A DNA stretch of 50,359 bases from Chthoniobacterales bacterium (GTDB taxonomy: Bacteria; Verrucomicrobiota; Verrucomicrobiia; Chthoniobacterales; UBA10450): the NCBI GenBank assembly GCA_038233435.1, contig JBBSLZ010000001.1, forward strand, positions 1 through 50,359, in the 5' to 3' direction. The position numbers and the translations under genes are program-made. Under the pieces are notes generated by a model. That model was not told where the DNA came from, did no database searches, and saw only the letters and a program-made list of their open reading frames with translations. This document shows, piece after piece, positions 25,280 to 34,088 of this stretch; within the stretch, counting starts at the first letter, position 1; every line of letters begins with the position of its first letter.

Positions 25280-26652
25280 CCCCGGTGCGCGATGTTCGCC
25301 CCGATGCTGTGGGCGATTTTCAGGTGCGCGCTGATCGCATCGGAATTCTCCGAAGCGGGGACGGGCTGCTGATTATAAAAGAAGGAAACCCAGCCGTGTT
25401 TCCGTCCCACCCGGAGAGGGATGCCGGCCAGCGCGACCGCGCAGGCTGGTTTCCAGCGCGGCTCGAAGAAGATGGCCACGTCGAAACGGGCGGCGTTTTG
25501 GATCAGCTGGCGGAGCGCGAGGGGCGAGCTCTCGGGCGGATATTCGATCACGGTGTTCACCTCCGGCGCTTCGCGCCAGATTTGCGCGACGGGGCCGGGC
25601 GCGAGGACGGCGAGCCAGGTATCGGGCCGGCCTTCCTGGATGGCGCGCATCGCCGGAAGGGCGGCGGCGGCCAGCGCGGCCGTATCGGGCGAGACAATCA
25701 GGATGCGGAAGGGATCAAGGGTGCTGCGATCGAACTCCGGGGGAAAGAAGACGCGGCGTTGATCGCGCGCAAAGAGGATGTGCGGACGGAGCGGTTTCCA
25801 GCGGTTGTGCGCCCAGAGCCAATCGGCGGGATGGCGGCGGATTTGTTCTTCGAGGAGACGGTTAATTCGGGCGGTGAAGGCTTCAGTGTCGCCGTCTTCG
25901 GGAGGGAAGACGGGCTCGGAGATGGTCATTTTCCAACGGGCGTGGCCGACGGTGTTAATCGCGATCGGCACCACCGGATGCCCGCTCCGCAGGGAAAGAG
26001 TGGCCGCGAGGGTAGAAGAGGAAGTGAGCCGGCCGAAGAGCGGCGTCCAAAGCCCCGCGTAGCCGGCCCCCTGGTCGATCAAAACGCCGACGACTCCCCC
26101 TTCGCGCAGAAAGCGGACGCACTTCAGTAACTCGGTGCGTCGATCAAAGAGGATGTTCCCCGAACCCGCGCGAGTGCGGCGCAGATAACGATCGATGTAG
26201 GGATTGGCCAACCCCTGAAAGATGGCGCTGAAGCGATACTCCGGAAATCGGCCGCCGAGGTGACTGAAAAGTTCCCAATTCCCAATGTGACTGATGAGCG
26301 CCACCCAGCCATTTTCCAGACGCTCGGTGGGCAGGTTGGCGGTGACGCACTCCCAGACAGCGTCATCGGACATGCGGGCCGCTTTCAGGCCGGCGATAAG
26401 ATTGGCGCCGAGGAGTTGGAAATGTTCGCGGTTGAGGTCGCGGAGTTGGACCTCGGACATTTCGGATCCGAAGGCGAGGCGAAGATTATTGAGCGCGAGG
26501 CGGCGGCGCTTCCAGAAGAGGTGATAAAAGATGCCGCCACCGAATTGGCCTAACGAAAAGGCCACCCCGATGGGGAGAAAATGGATCAAGCCTTCGCAGA
26601 GCCGAAAGAACAGGTAAGGAACGAAATAGAAAAGGCGAAAGACCACGGCCAT
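25276..26652 (-). CDS. lpxL: Lipid A late acyltransferase (LpxL/HtrB family) fused to the N-terminal half of a GT9 (heptosyltransferase-like) domain
   Basis: About 458 aa from ATG 26652. The N-terminal 300 aa look like a lysophospholipid/lauroyl acyltransferase (TM anchor, LALNNLRLAF, ISHIGNWE, VGVLIDQ). The C-terminal 160 aa (ILIVSPDTAALAAAALPAMRAIQEGRPDTWLAVLAPGPVAQIW...FDVAIFFE...AGIPLRVG) look like a GT9 N-domain. No nucleotide-sugar-binding half follows. Confidence 0.7.
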   Translation of the reverse strand: MAVVFRLFYFVPYLFFRLCEGLIHFLPIGVAFSLGQFGGGIFYHLFWKRRRLALNNLRLAFGSEMSEVQLRDLNREHFQLLGANLIAGLKAARMSDDAVWECVTANLPTERLENGWVALISHIGNWELFSHLGGRFPEYRFSAIFQGLANPYIDRYLRRTRAGSGNILFDRRTELLKCVRFLREGGVVGVLIDQGAGYAGLWTPLFGRLTSSSTLAATLSLRSGHPVVPIAINTVGHARWKMTISEPVFPPEDGDTEAFTARINRLLEEQIRRHPADWLWAHNRWKPLRPHILFARDQRRVFFPPEFDRSTLDPFRILIVSPDTAALAAAALPAMRAIQEGRPDTWLAVLAPGPVAQIWREAPEVNTVIEYPPESSPLALRQLIQNAARFDVAIFFEPRWKPACAVALAGIPLRVGRKHGWVSFFYNQQPVPASENSDAISAHLKIAHSIGANIAHRG

Positions 26653-26790
26653 GGCGGCAAGCTTACGCCGTTTTCGCCGATCCGCGCACGGGCTTAGCCC
26701 GACTGCCAGCCCCACCCTCACGCAGCCCTCTCGTAGAGACCCGAGACCTTCGCCAAGGGGAACCGATGCGCGCTAATGCCGAATCGATTC

Positions 26791-26822
26791 CCAAGTTTTG
26801 CCGCAGCTGCGGCAAAACTTGG
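26791..26822. promoter_or_regulatory. Perfect 32-bp palindrome between lpxB and the lpxL-like gene
   Basis: CCAAGTTTTGCCGCAG|CTGCGGCAAAACTTGG, exact dyad symmetry. There is no U-tract on either side, so it may be an operator-like site or an RNA hairpin rather than a classic terminator. Confidence 0.5.
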
Positions 26823-26949
26823 TTAAGTAGGATGCCGTCACTGCTTGAGTCGGTTTCACCGGATTGGTCGCTGCCGCGTTGATCGCTGCCACGTTGATGT
26901 CGCCGCCGGGGGGACGTTCGCCGCGCGGTCTTGCTTCGGTTGTCTGCGC

Positions 26950-28149
26950 TTAGACCGCGAGCGCGGTAGCGGCGGGGCGGGCTTTCGTTTCCGTGAGCAT
27001 CTCTTCGAGAATTTCGGCGGTGCGCTCGGTGGCCGGGGTGGGCAACCCGGAGCCGAGGGCCTGACGGATGAGCTCGTATTCGGCCAGAATCTTCCGCCGC
27101 GCGGGACCGTCCTCGAGGAGCGGGAGGAGGTGGCGCGCGATGTTCTCGGGATTGCTTTTAAGGCCGAGCAACTCGGGGATGGCGGCGCGCTGCAGGATGA
27201 TGTTCGGCATGGCGTAGAAGGGGATTTTTTTCCAGGACCAGAGCAAGCACCACTCGATCCGGCCGGCGAACGGAAGATCGTAGATGGCCACCTGGGGGAC
27301 ATCGGCGAGGGCGGCTTCCAGGCTGGCGGTGCCGGTTTTGACAATAGCGGCATCGGCGGCGCGGAGGAGATCGGGGGCGCAATCGGTCACGATGGGAATG
27401 GTGAGCGGCAAATAGGAGCGCGCTTCCGCAGCCAGCTCGCGCGGCAGGGCAGCCAGAAAACGCGCGGGGTGCCGGGCATTGATGAGGGCGGCGGCGGCGG
27501 CCATTTTCGGGGCCAGGACTTTGATCTCGCTCCGGCGGGAGCCGGGCATGAGCGCGATTAACTTTTCCTCGGCGGCGATGCCGAAGCGCTTCCGGAGCGC
27601 GGCGCGCTCGTCGGTGGAACCCACTTTTTCGAGTGCGGGATGCCCGACCCATTCCGCCCGGCAGCCAGCCGCGTGCAGCCGTTCGGCCGACCACGGGAAG
27701 GGCGTGGCGACGCGCTGGACGTATGGGACAATGCCCAGGCCGGGAGTCCCTTCGCGTTGCCAGGAGCGCGGCGGGAAATAAAAGAGGACGGGAATCCCGC
27801 GCGCGTGCAATTCCGGCAAAATCCGGCCATTAAAGGCGCCCCAATCGCAGAGCACCGCAGCGTCCACGCGGTGAGAATCGAGGAAGCGAAACAACTTCGC
27901 CCGCAGTTTCCGGCAGCGGAAGTATACCTGGATGGCGGAGATGATGCCGATCGCGCTGCAGTTGGTGGTATCGCCGAGCACGTGCCCGCCGGCCGATTCG
28001 GCCGCCACCTCCTGGAGACGCGCTCCGCCCAGGGCCTGAAGCGCAAGGCCAGGATCGCGCTGTAAAAGGAAGCGCCCCAGCGCCGCCGCGTGGACATCGC
28101 CCGAAACATCGCCGGCGGTGAAAAGAATCGAAGACGAGGGGGCGGGCAT
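26950..28149 (-). CDS. lpxB: Lipid-A-disaccharide synthase
   Basis: About 399 aa from ATG 28149. ILFTAGDVSGDVHAAAL N-terminus and GT19 layout (VLFYFPPRSWQ, LMPGSRRSEI, IVKTGTASLEAAL). Confidence 0.85.
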   Translation of the reverse strand: MPAPSSSILFTAGDVSGDVHAAALGRFLLQRDPGLALQALGGARLQEVAAESAGGHVLGDTTNCSAIGIISAIQVYFRCRKLRAKLFRFLDSHRVDAAVLCDWGAFNGRILPELHARGIPVLFYFPPRSWQREGTPGLGIVPYVQRVATPFPWSAERLHAAGCRAEWVGHPALEKVGSTDERAALRKRFGIAAEEKLIALMPGSRRSEIKVLAPKMAAAAALINARHPARFLAALPRELAAEARSYLPLTIPIVTDCAPDLLRAADAAIVKTGTASLEAALADVPQVAIYDLPFAGRIEWCLLWSWKKIPFYAMPNIILQRAAIPELLGLKSNPENIARHLLPLLEDGPARRKILAEYELIRQALGSGLPTPATERTAEILEEMLTETKARPAATALAV

Positions 28150-28288
28150 GTAACGGAAACGCAAGCGGGAGCCGTGCGGGACTCCCGCATCAATGCCAAG
28201 CGGAGAAAGAATTTTCAAGCCGCAACTGCGGCCAGGATACGAGCTGGTGGTGGCGCGGAAGCATGCGCGCGTCTAGATTCCGCACCTC

Positions 28289-30157
28289 GTGCACTATATT
28301 GCCGACATCTTCCGCTTCGGTGCGCCCTACTTGCGGCGCTATTGGCTCGCTTTCGTCCTGGGGATTTCCTTCAGCATCCTCTACGGATTCTCGAACGGCA
28401 CCGTCGTCTGGGGGACCAAGACCATCCTGGATCGGTTTAGCCCGCCTTCGATCGAGGCGGTGACTTCCGATTCGCACCTCTCGAAGATGGAAAAGGTGAC
28501 CTTTAAAGTGGTGGACCCGTGGCTGCCGCGGACCGGACGCCCGATCGATGGGCGGCAAATGGTGGGTGGATTGCTTTTCCTTCCGCTTCTGGTCGGGCTG
28601 CGCGGTTTGGCCCAATATTTGGGCGCCATCTTCATGGCTTCCGTGGGCGAACGGACGGTGAACGATCTGCGGGGGGATGTGCTCGCGAAATTGCAGAGCC
28701 TCTCGCTCGATTACTTTAACAAGACCAGCATGGGCGATCTGCTCCAGCGGATCAACGGGGACACCGCGGCCCTAAACCAGTGTCTCAGCAACGGCTTCAT
28801 GGACTCGGTGAAGGAGCCGTTCTCCATGATCGGGATCACGATCGCGCTCTGCATGATCGATTGGAAGCTGACCATCGCCGCGCTCATCCTGACTCCGCTC
28901 TGCCTGATTCCGATCTCCACTTTGGGCAAGAAAGCGCGCGCCGCGGCGGCGATCGGGATCAGGGCCACCATCAGCCAGGCCAGCCTGCTGGTGGAGATGT
29001 TGCCCGGCATCCGGGTGGTCAAAGCGCTCAATCTGGAGGAGGAACAATCCCGCCGTTTCCGCGAGCACTCGAAGGAGCTGATCCGCGGGAAGCTGAAAGC
29101 CGTCTCCGCCCGGCAGCAGATCAATCCGATCATCGAGACCTTCTCCATGCTCGGGCTGGGCATGCTCTTGATTTACGTCTTTTATAGCGGTCAAACCACG
29201 CCGGACATGGTCAGTTTCCTGGCCGGAATGCTCTTGTTCTTTATCCCGGTAAAACGGCTGGCCTCGCTTCACTTGACCCTGCAGGAATCAAAACTCGGCG
29301 TCGATCGCCTGGCCCAAATCCTGACGGAAGTTCCTTCGGTCAAAGAGCGCGCGGACGCGACCCCGCTGCCGGCTTTCACCAACGGGCTGCGCTTTCGCGG
29401 GGTCTGCTTTGCCTATGAGACGCAGCCGGTCCTGAAGCAGATCAATCTCGACATCCCGCGCGGTTCCCGGGTTGGAATCGCGGGTGATAACGGCTCCGGC
29501 AAAAGCACGCTCGTTAACCTGCTGATGCGATTCTACGATCCGACCGAAGGTGCGATCGAGATCGATGGCGTGAATCTGCGCGATGCGAAGGTGGCGGATC
29601 TGCGGAATTTGATCGGACTGGTGAGCCAGGAAGTGGTCATCTTCGATCAATCCGTGGCGGGGAATATCGGCTGCGCCAAAGCGGGCGCCACCCAGGCGGA
29701 GATCGAGACTGCGGCGCGGGCGGCCGGTTGCCATGAATTCATCATGCAGTTTCCGGAAGGCTACGAGACGCGGGTGGGCGAACGCGGGGTCCGGCTCTCC
29801 GGCGGGCAACGCCAGCGGATCTCGATCGCGCGCGCTTTCGTGCGCGATGCTCCCATCATTATTCTGGATGAAGCGACCGCCTCGCTCGACGCGCAGGCCG
29901 AAGCGGATATCCAGGGCACGGTGGATCGGTTGGAAGAACACCGCACCGTCATCTGCGTGGCGCACCGCCTCTCCACCCTCGCGGAAATGGACACGATCAT
30001 CGTGCTCGCGGCCGGCGAGGTGATCGAGCATGGCACCTTCGATGAGTTACTGCAGAGCAACGGCCACTTCGCCCGGATGGCGCGGCAACAGGGTCTGGCG
30101 GTGGCGCGGCCCGAGACGTTCACGACTGAGTCCGCGGTCGTGCCGGTGGAGGTGTAA
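28289..30157 (+). CDS. msbA: ABC transporter permease/ATPase, MsbA-like lipid A exporter
   Basis: 622 aa with a GTG start. Six-TM domain followed by Walker A GDNGSGKST, signature LSGGQRQRISIARA and Walker B IIILDEATS. Its position in a lipid A cluster supports msbA. Confidence 0.8.
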   Translation: MHYIADIFRFGAPYLRRYWLAFVLGISFSILYGFSNGTVVWGTKTILDRFSPPSIEAVTSDSHLSKMEKVTFKVVDPWLPRTGRPIDGRQMVGGLLFLPLLVGLRGLAQYLGAIFMASVGERTVNDLRGDVLAKLQSLSLDYFNKTSMGDLLQRINGDTAALNQCLSNGFMDSVKEPFSMIGITIALCMIDWKLTIAALILTPLCLIPISTLGKKARAAAAIGIRATISQASLLVEMLPGIRVVKALNLEEEQSRRFREHSKELIRGKLKAVSARQQINPIIETFSMLGLGMLLIYVFYSGQTTPDMVSFLAGMLLFFIPVKRLASLHLTLQESKLGVDRLAQILTEVPSVKERADATPLPAFTNGLRFRGVCFAYETQPVLKQINLDIPRGSRVGIAGDNGSGKSTLVNLLMRFYDPTEGAIEIDGVNLRDAKVADLRNLIGLVSQEVVIFDQSVAGNIGCAKAGATQAEIETAARAAGCHEFIMQFPEGYETRVGERGVRLSGGQRQRISIARAFVRDAPIIILDEATASLDAQAEADIQGTVDRLEEHRTVICVAHRLSTLAEMDTIIVLAAGEVIEHGTFDELLQSNGHFARMARQQGLAVARPETFTTESAVVPVEV

Positions 30158-30161
30158 GACA

Positions 30162-31211
30162 ATGCGCGGGCGAGCGCTGTTTCTCCTCGCGCTGGTTTGG
30201 GGCGCGACGGCGGCTTTCGCGCAGGATGCTACCACGCCGGTGACGCGGATCGCGTTCGGTTCCTGCAATCGGGAATACCGCCCGCAAGTGCTCTGGAAAC
30301 CGATTTTGGCCTGCCAGCCGGACGTCTGGATCTGGCTGGGCGATATCATCTACGGCAGCGCGGAAAATTTGCCGGACTTGGCGCGCCGTTATCAATCCGC
30401 CAAAACGCAACCGGACTACGAAATGCTCCGCCAGCGTACGCGCATTCTGGGGATATGGGATGACAACGACTACGGCGAAGGCAATGGCGGCGCCGATAAT
30501 CCGCACAAACGCCAGAGCCAGGAATTGCTCCTGAATTTTCTGGACGAGCCGCCCGAGAGCCCGCGGCGGAAACAGGAAGGTATCTACGCGGCCTACACCC
30601 TTGGCCCAGCCGGCCGGCAGGTGAAAGTGATCCTGCTCGACGGCCGCTATTTTCGGCAGGAACCGCCGCGTCCATGGGATTTCCTCTTTCGCCACGCCGC
30701 GGCCGAGCCAGACATCCTGGGCGAGGCGCAATGGCAATGGCTGGAACGGGAACTCGCCGGCAGCACCGCCGATCTGAATTTGATCTGCTCCGGGATCGAG
30801 GTGCTCGCCACCGAACAGCCTTTCGAGAAGTGGGCCAATTTTCCCGCGGCGCGCCAGCGCCTGCTCGATCTACTCGCGAAAACGCAGCCTCGGAATCCCA
30901 TCTTCCTGAGCGGCGATCGGCATCTGGGCGAGATCTCGCGCGCGGTCGATCCCCGCCTTCCTCAACCGCTCTACGACATCACTTCCAGCGGGCTCACCCA
31001 TCACGCGGAGAGCGGGTTCTTTTATAATTTTAAACACGAGCCGAACCGCTTCCGCCTCGGCGAACTCTATCTCGCGCTCAATTTCGGCTTGCTCGAAATC
31101 GATTGGAACGCCTCGCCGCCCGTCGTCACGGCGGAGATTCGCGGAGTGGATAACGTGCTCGCCCGCTCGGCGAAAATCACCCTCGCGCCCACGGCCAGCG
31201 CGCCGCGTTAA
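30162..31211 (+). CDS. PhoD-like metallophosphatase (alkaline phosphatase D family), secreted
   Basis: About 349 aa from ATG 30162, with signal peptide MRGRALFLLALVWGATAAFAQD. Motifs WIWLGDIIYG, GIWDDNDYG and FLSGDRHLGE. The 393-aa track ORF starts inside msbA. Confidence 0.75.
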   Translation: MRGRALFLLALVWGATAAFAQDATTPVTRIAFGSCNREYRPQVLWKPILACQPDVWIWLGDIIYGSAENLPDLARRYQSAKTQPDYEMLRQRTRILGIWDDNDYGEGNGGADNPHKRQSQELLLNFLDEPPESPRRKQEGIYAAYTLGPAGRQVKVILLDGRYFRQEPPRPWDFLFRHAAAEPDILGEAQWQWLERELAGSTADLNLICSGIEVLATEQPFEKWANFPAARQRLLDLLAKTQPRNPIFLSGDRHLGEISRAVDPRLPQPLYDITSSGLTHHAESGFFYNFKHEPNRFRLGELYLALNFGLLEIDWNASPPVVTAEIRGVDNVLARSAKITLAPTASAPR

Positions 31212-31842
31212 CGAGTCGTTCGCCGCCCGCGGTGCGGCGCCAAAGCAAGACCGCGACCAGCGTGCCCAAGGCGGCCCCGGCGATCACATCGGAAAGATGA
31301 TGCGCACCCACATAGATCCGCGCGCCCGCCACCAGCACGATGAACGGAAAGACGAGTGCGCCGAAGCGGCGGCGCCAGAGAAAAAGCGGAAGCACGAAAC
31401 CGGTTGCGGCGGTGGTGTGCCCAGACGGGAAGGAATTGTAAGCGTGGTCAAAAATCAGCCAGCGCGCTTCGCTCCGGATTCCATACCAACCTTGCGCCGC
31501 CACCGCCGAAGGCCGCGTCCGGCCGGTCAGGCCGCGGGCCACATCAGCCGAGAGGCCGGCCAGCGATGCGGCCACCATCATCACGCAGAGGACGCGTTTC
31601 CACTCCTCGCGTCGTCTCCACCAGGCGAGCAGGAACCCAAGCAGCGCCGCGCCCATCAACCAATGCCAGGCGAAGTAGCGGCTGCACATTTTTGCCAGCA
31701 ACTCGGCTTCCGCGCTCCGATGCGTCACCACCCAATGATCGACCGCAGCGTCCCCAAAAAAAGCGGCGACCAGCGCGCTGAGCAGGCCGAGCGCGATGCT
31801 CCAGCGGGCGGTTCTGGAGAGTGGAGAAAGAGAAGTGGTCAC
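31177..31842 (-). CDS. PAP2-family phosphatase (candidate lipid A / undecaprenyl-PP phosphatase)
   Basis: 221 aa and multi-TM. PAP2 motifs SFPSGHTTAA and ARIYVGAHHLSDV. It overlaps the PhoD-like gene convergently by 35 nt. Confidence 0.8.
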   Translation of the reverse strand: MTTSLSPLSRTARWSIALGLLSALVAAFFGDAAVDHWVVTHRSAEAELLAKMCSRYFAWHWLMGAALLGFLLAWWRRREEWKRVLCVMMVAASLAGLSADVARGLTGRTRPSAVAAQGWYGIRSEARWLIFDHAYNSFPSGHTTAATGFVLPLFLWRRRFGALVFPFIVLVAGARIYVGAHHLSDVIAGAALGTLVAVLLWRRTAGGERLVNAARWPWARG

Positions 31843-31941
31843 GCGAATTCGTTTACTCTTCGGCCCGGTCGCGGGCCGACTCCAACGAAAGCGGCAACTT
31901 CAGGTCGATCAAACAGTGTTAGTTGCTCGTTAGGCAAATCA

Positions 31942-32053
31942 GGGTAGGGACGGCGCGCTGCGCCGTCCAGGCCGCGTGGCCCGCTCTTGATCTTGCGCAC
32001 TTCCCAAACTCGCCCAAGCACCCCCTGGTCGCCGCAGCGCGGCAACCCTACCC
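31942..32053. repeat. REP doublet
   Basis: GGGTAGGGACGGCGCGCTGCGCCGTCCAGGCCGCGTGG at 31942-31979. The inverted unit CCTGGTCGCCGCAGCGCGGCAACCCTACCC is at 32024-32053. Confidence 0.85.
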
Positions 32054-32056
32054 TGG

Positions 32057-32896
32057 CTAGCCGATTACATCGACCGGCTCTGTCAATTGCACGCCCCGCG
32101 CGTGCAGCGGTGTCACATCGCTCTCCCGTGGCTCGCGCGTAAAACCGCGCCGCGATCCGCGCACGAACTGAATCAAGTGCGAGACGTTTGCGTCCTCCAG
32201 GCGCGCCATATCCTGCAGGGCCGTCTCAAGCGGAAGCATGGAGCGTAGGAGCAAATGGCAGGCGCGTTTCAAATTCATCCGTGTCTCCGCCGTAAACCCG
32301 GCCCGCCGCAGGCCGACCGTATTCAAGCCACGCACGCGGCACGGGTTCCCATCCGAAATCAGGAACGGGAGGACGTCCTGCACGATTTTCGCCTTCGCGC
32401 CCACCATCGAGTAGCGTCCCAGCCTAACGAATTGATGGACGCCCACTTCATTGGAAAGAAAGACGTGATCCTCCACCGTAATGTGACCGGCGAGGGCGGT
32501 GCCATTGGCAAAAATGCAGTGATCGCCCATGACGCAGTTGTGCGCGACGTGGACGCCGATCATGATGAAGTTCCTCGAACCCACATGCGTCACCTGATCT
32601 TCTCCCGTCGCGCGATGGATGGTCACGTTCTCGCGGATCATGTTTTCGTCGCCGATCAGGAGGTGGCTGCGTTCCCCGCGGAATTTCACATCCTGCGGCT
32701 CGCCCCCGAGCGTGGCGTGCTCGAAGACCCGGTTCCCTTGCCCGAGGGTGGTGAAGCGTTTGATGACCGCATGGGCGCCGATCTGGCAGCCAGCGCCGAT
32801 CCGAACGTCATCTTCGACAATGACATAGGGCCCAATCTCGACCCCAGACGCGATCTCGGCACGGGGACTGATCACAGCTGTCGGATGAATGGCCAC
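32057..32896 (-). CDS. lpxA: Acyl-ACP--UDP-N-acetylglucosamine O-acyltransferase
   Basis: 279 aa with hexapeptide repeats. IHPTAVISPRAEIASGVEIGPYVIVEDDVRIG...LGGEPQDVKFRGE...IGDENMIRENVTIHRAT aligns block for block with E. coli LpxA (from memory). Confidence 0.9.
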   Translation of the reverse strand: MAIHPTAVISPRAEIASGVEIGPYVIVEDDVRIGAGCQIGAHAVIKRFTTLGQGNRVFEHATLGGEPQDVKFRGERSHLLIGDENMIRENVTIHRATGEDQVTHVGSRNFIMIGVHVAHNCVMGDHCIFANGTALAGHITVEDHVFLSNEVGVHQFVRLGRYSMVGAKAKIVQDVLPFLISDGNPCRVRGLNTVGLRRAGFTAETRMNLKRACHLLLRSMLPLETALQDMARLEDANVSHLIQFVRGSRRGFTREPRESDVTPLHARGVQLTEPVDVIG

Positions 32897-34088
32897 TCGT
32901 AGCCAAGGTAGTTATTTTCCATCATTGGTAAACAAGAAGCTAAAACGCGTGAAAATCGGCCTTCTCCTGGAACAGTTCGAGCCCAGCCGCGGCGGGCTGG
33001 AACATTGGACGTGGCAATACGCGCACGCCCTGCGGGCACGCGGCCAGGAAGTGCACGTGGTCGCGTTCACTTTTGCCAAGGGCCTGGAAGGCAGCGGGCT
33101 GGTGCTTCATCCGATGGGGGAAAGGCCGCGTTCTCGGCTGGAACGCGCCGAAGTGATCGCGGCGCATCTGCCTTCGTTAGGCCTCGACCTCACTCACGAT
33201 ATGGGCATCGGCTGGCAGGCCGATATCATTCATCCGCATGGCGGCTCCACCAGGGCGCTTTGGGAGCACAACCTTTTACGCATCCCGCGCTGGCGGCAGA
33301 TCCGCTTCTGGCGGGAGCGCCGCTATCGGGAGCTGGCGGAACTGGAACGCCGCCAGCATACCCGGAGCGAAGCGGTCGTAGTTGCAGTCTCTGAAATGGT
33401 GCGGCGGCATTTTGAAACTTGGCACCACCTCCCACCGGCACGCTTGCGCGTCATCCCGAACGGGGTCGACGTGGCGCACTTTACTCCTACGCATCGCCAG
33501 CGCTGGCGGGCCGGAGAGCGAGCGAAGCTGGGAGTCAAAGAGGAGGAAGTGCTTTACCTCATGCTGGCCCATAATCTTTTGCTCAAAAACGCCGAGGCTT
33601 TCCTGCGCGCCGCCGCCTGCCTCGTTAGGTCGGGCGCTCCCGCGCGAGTCTTGATTGCCGGAGGAAAAAAGACGGAATCTTTTGTTAGGCTGAGCAAGCA
33701 GTTAGGGATGGCTGCGGCGGTCACTTTTACCGGAGTGGTCGAGCCCATCCCGCTCTATGCAGCCGCGGATGTTTTTGTTCATCCCACCTGGTACGACCCT
33801 TGCAGCCTGGTCACGCTGGAAGCTGCGGCCTCCGGTTTGCCGGTCATCACCACTCGTTACAACGGCGCCGCCGAGTTCATGACGGACGGGGAAGATGGAT
33901 ACGTGCTCGATGATCCCGCGGACTTCGTGACCCTGGCGGCCCGGATGGAAGAGCTGCTCGAACCCGCGCGCCGCCAGGCGATGGGCACAGCCGGCCGCTC
34001 CATGGCGGAGCGGCATACCTTCGCCCAGCAAACCACCCAGTTCCTCGAACTCTACGCGGACGTGATCGCGGCGCGCTCCGCGCCGTAA
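32889..34088 (+). CDS. GT4-family glycosyltransferase
   Basis: 399-aa ORF. The true start may be GTG at about 32949 (VKIGLLLEQFEPSRGGLEHW). C-terminal GT1-fold motif: FVHPTWYDPCSLVTLEAAASGLPVITTRYNGAAEF. Confidence 0.8.
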   Translation: MATRSQGSYFPSLVNKKLKRVKIGLLLEQFEPSRGGLEHWTWQYAHALRARGQEVHVVAFTFAKGLEGSGLVLHPMGERPRSRLERAEVIAAHLPSLGLDLTHDMGIGWQADIIHPHGGSTRALWEHNLLRIPRWRQIRFWRERRYRELAELERRQHTRSEAVVVAVSEMVRRHFETWHHLPPARLRVIPNGVDVAHFTPTHRQRWRAGERAKLGVKEEEVLYLMLAHNLLLKNAEAFLRAAACLVRSGAPARVLIAGGKKTESFVRLSKQLGMAAAVTFTGVVEPIPLYAAADVFVHPTWYDPCSLVTLEAAASGLPVITTRYNGAAEFMTDGEDGYVLDDPADFVTLAARMEELLEPARRQAMGTAGRSMAERHTFAQQTTQFLELYADVIAARSAP

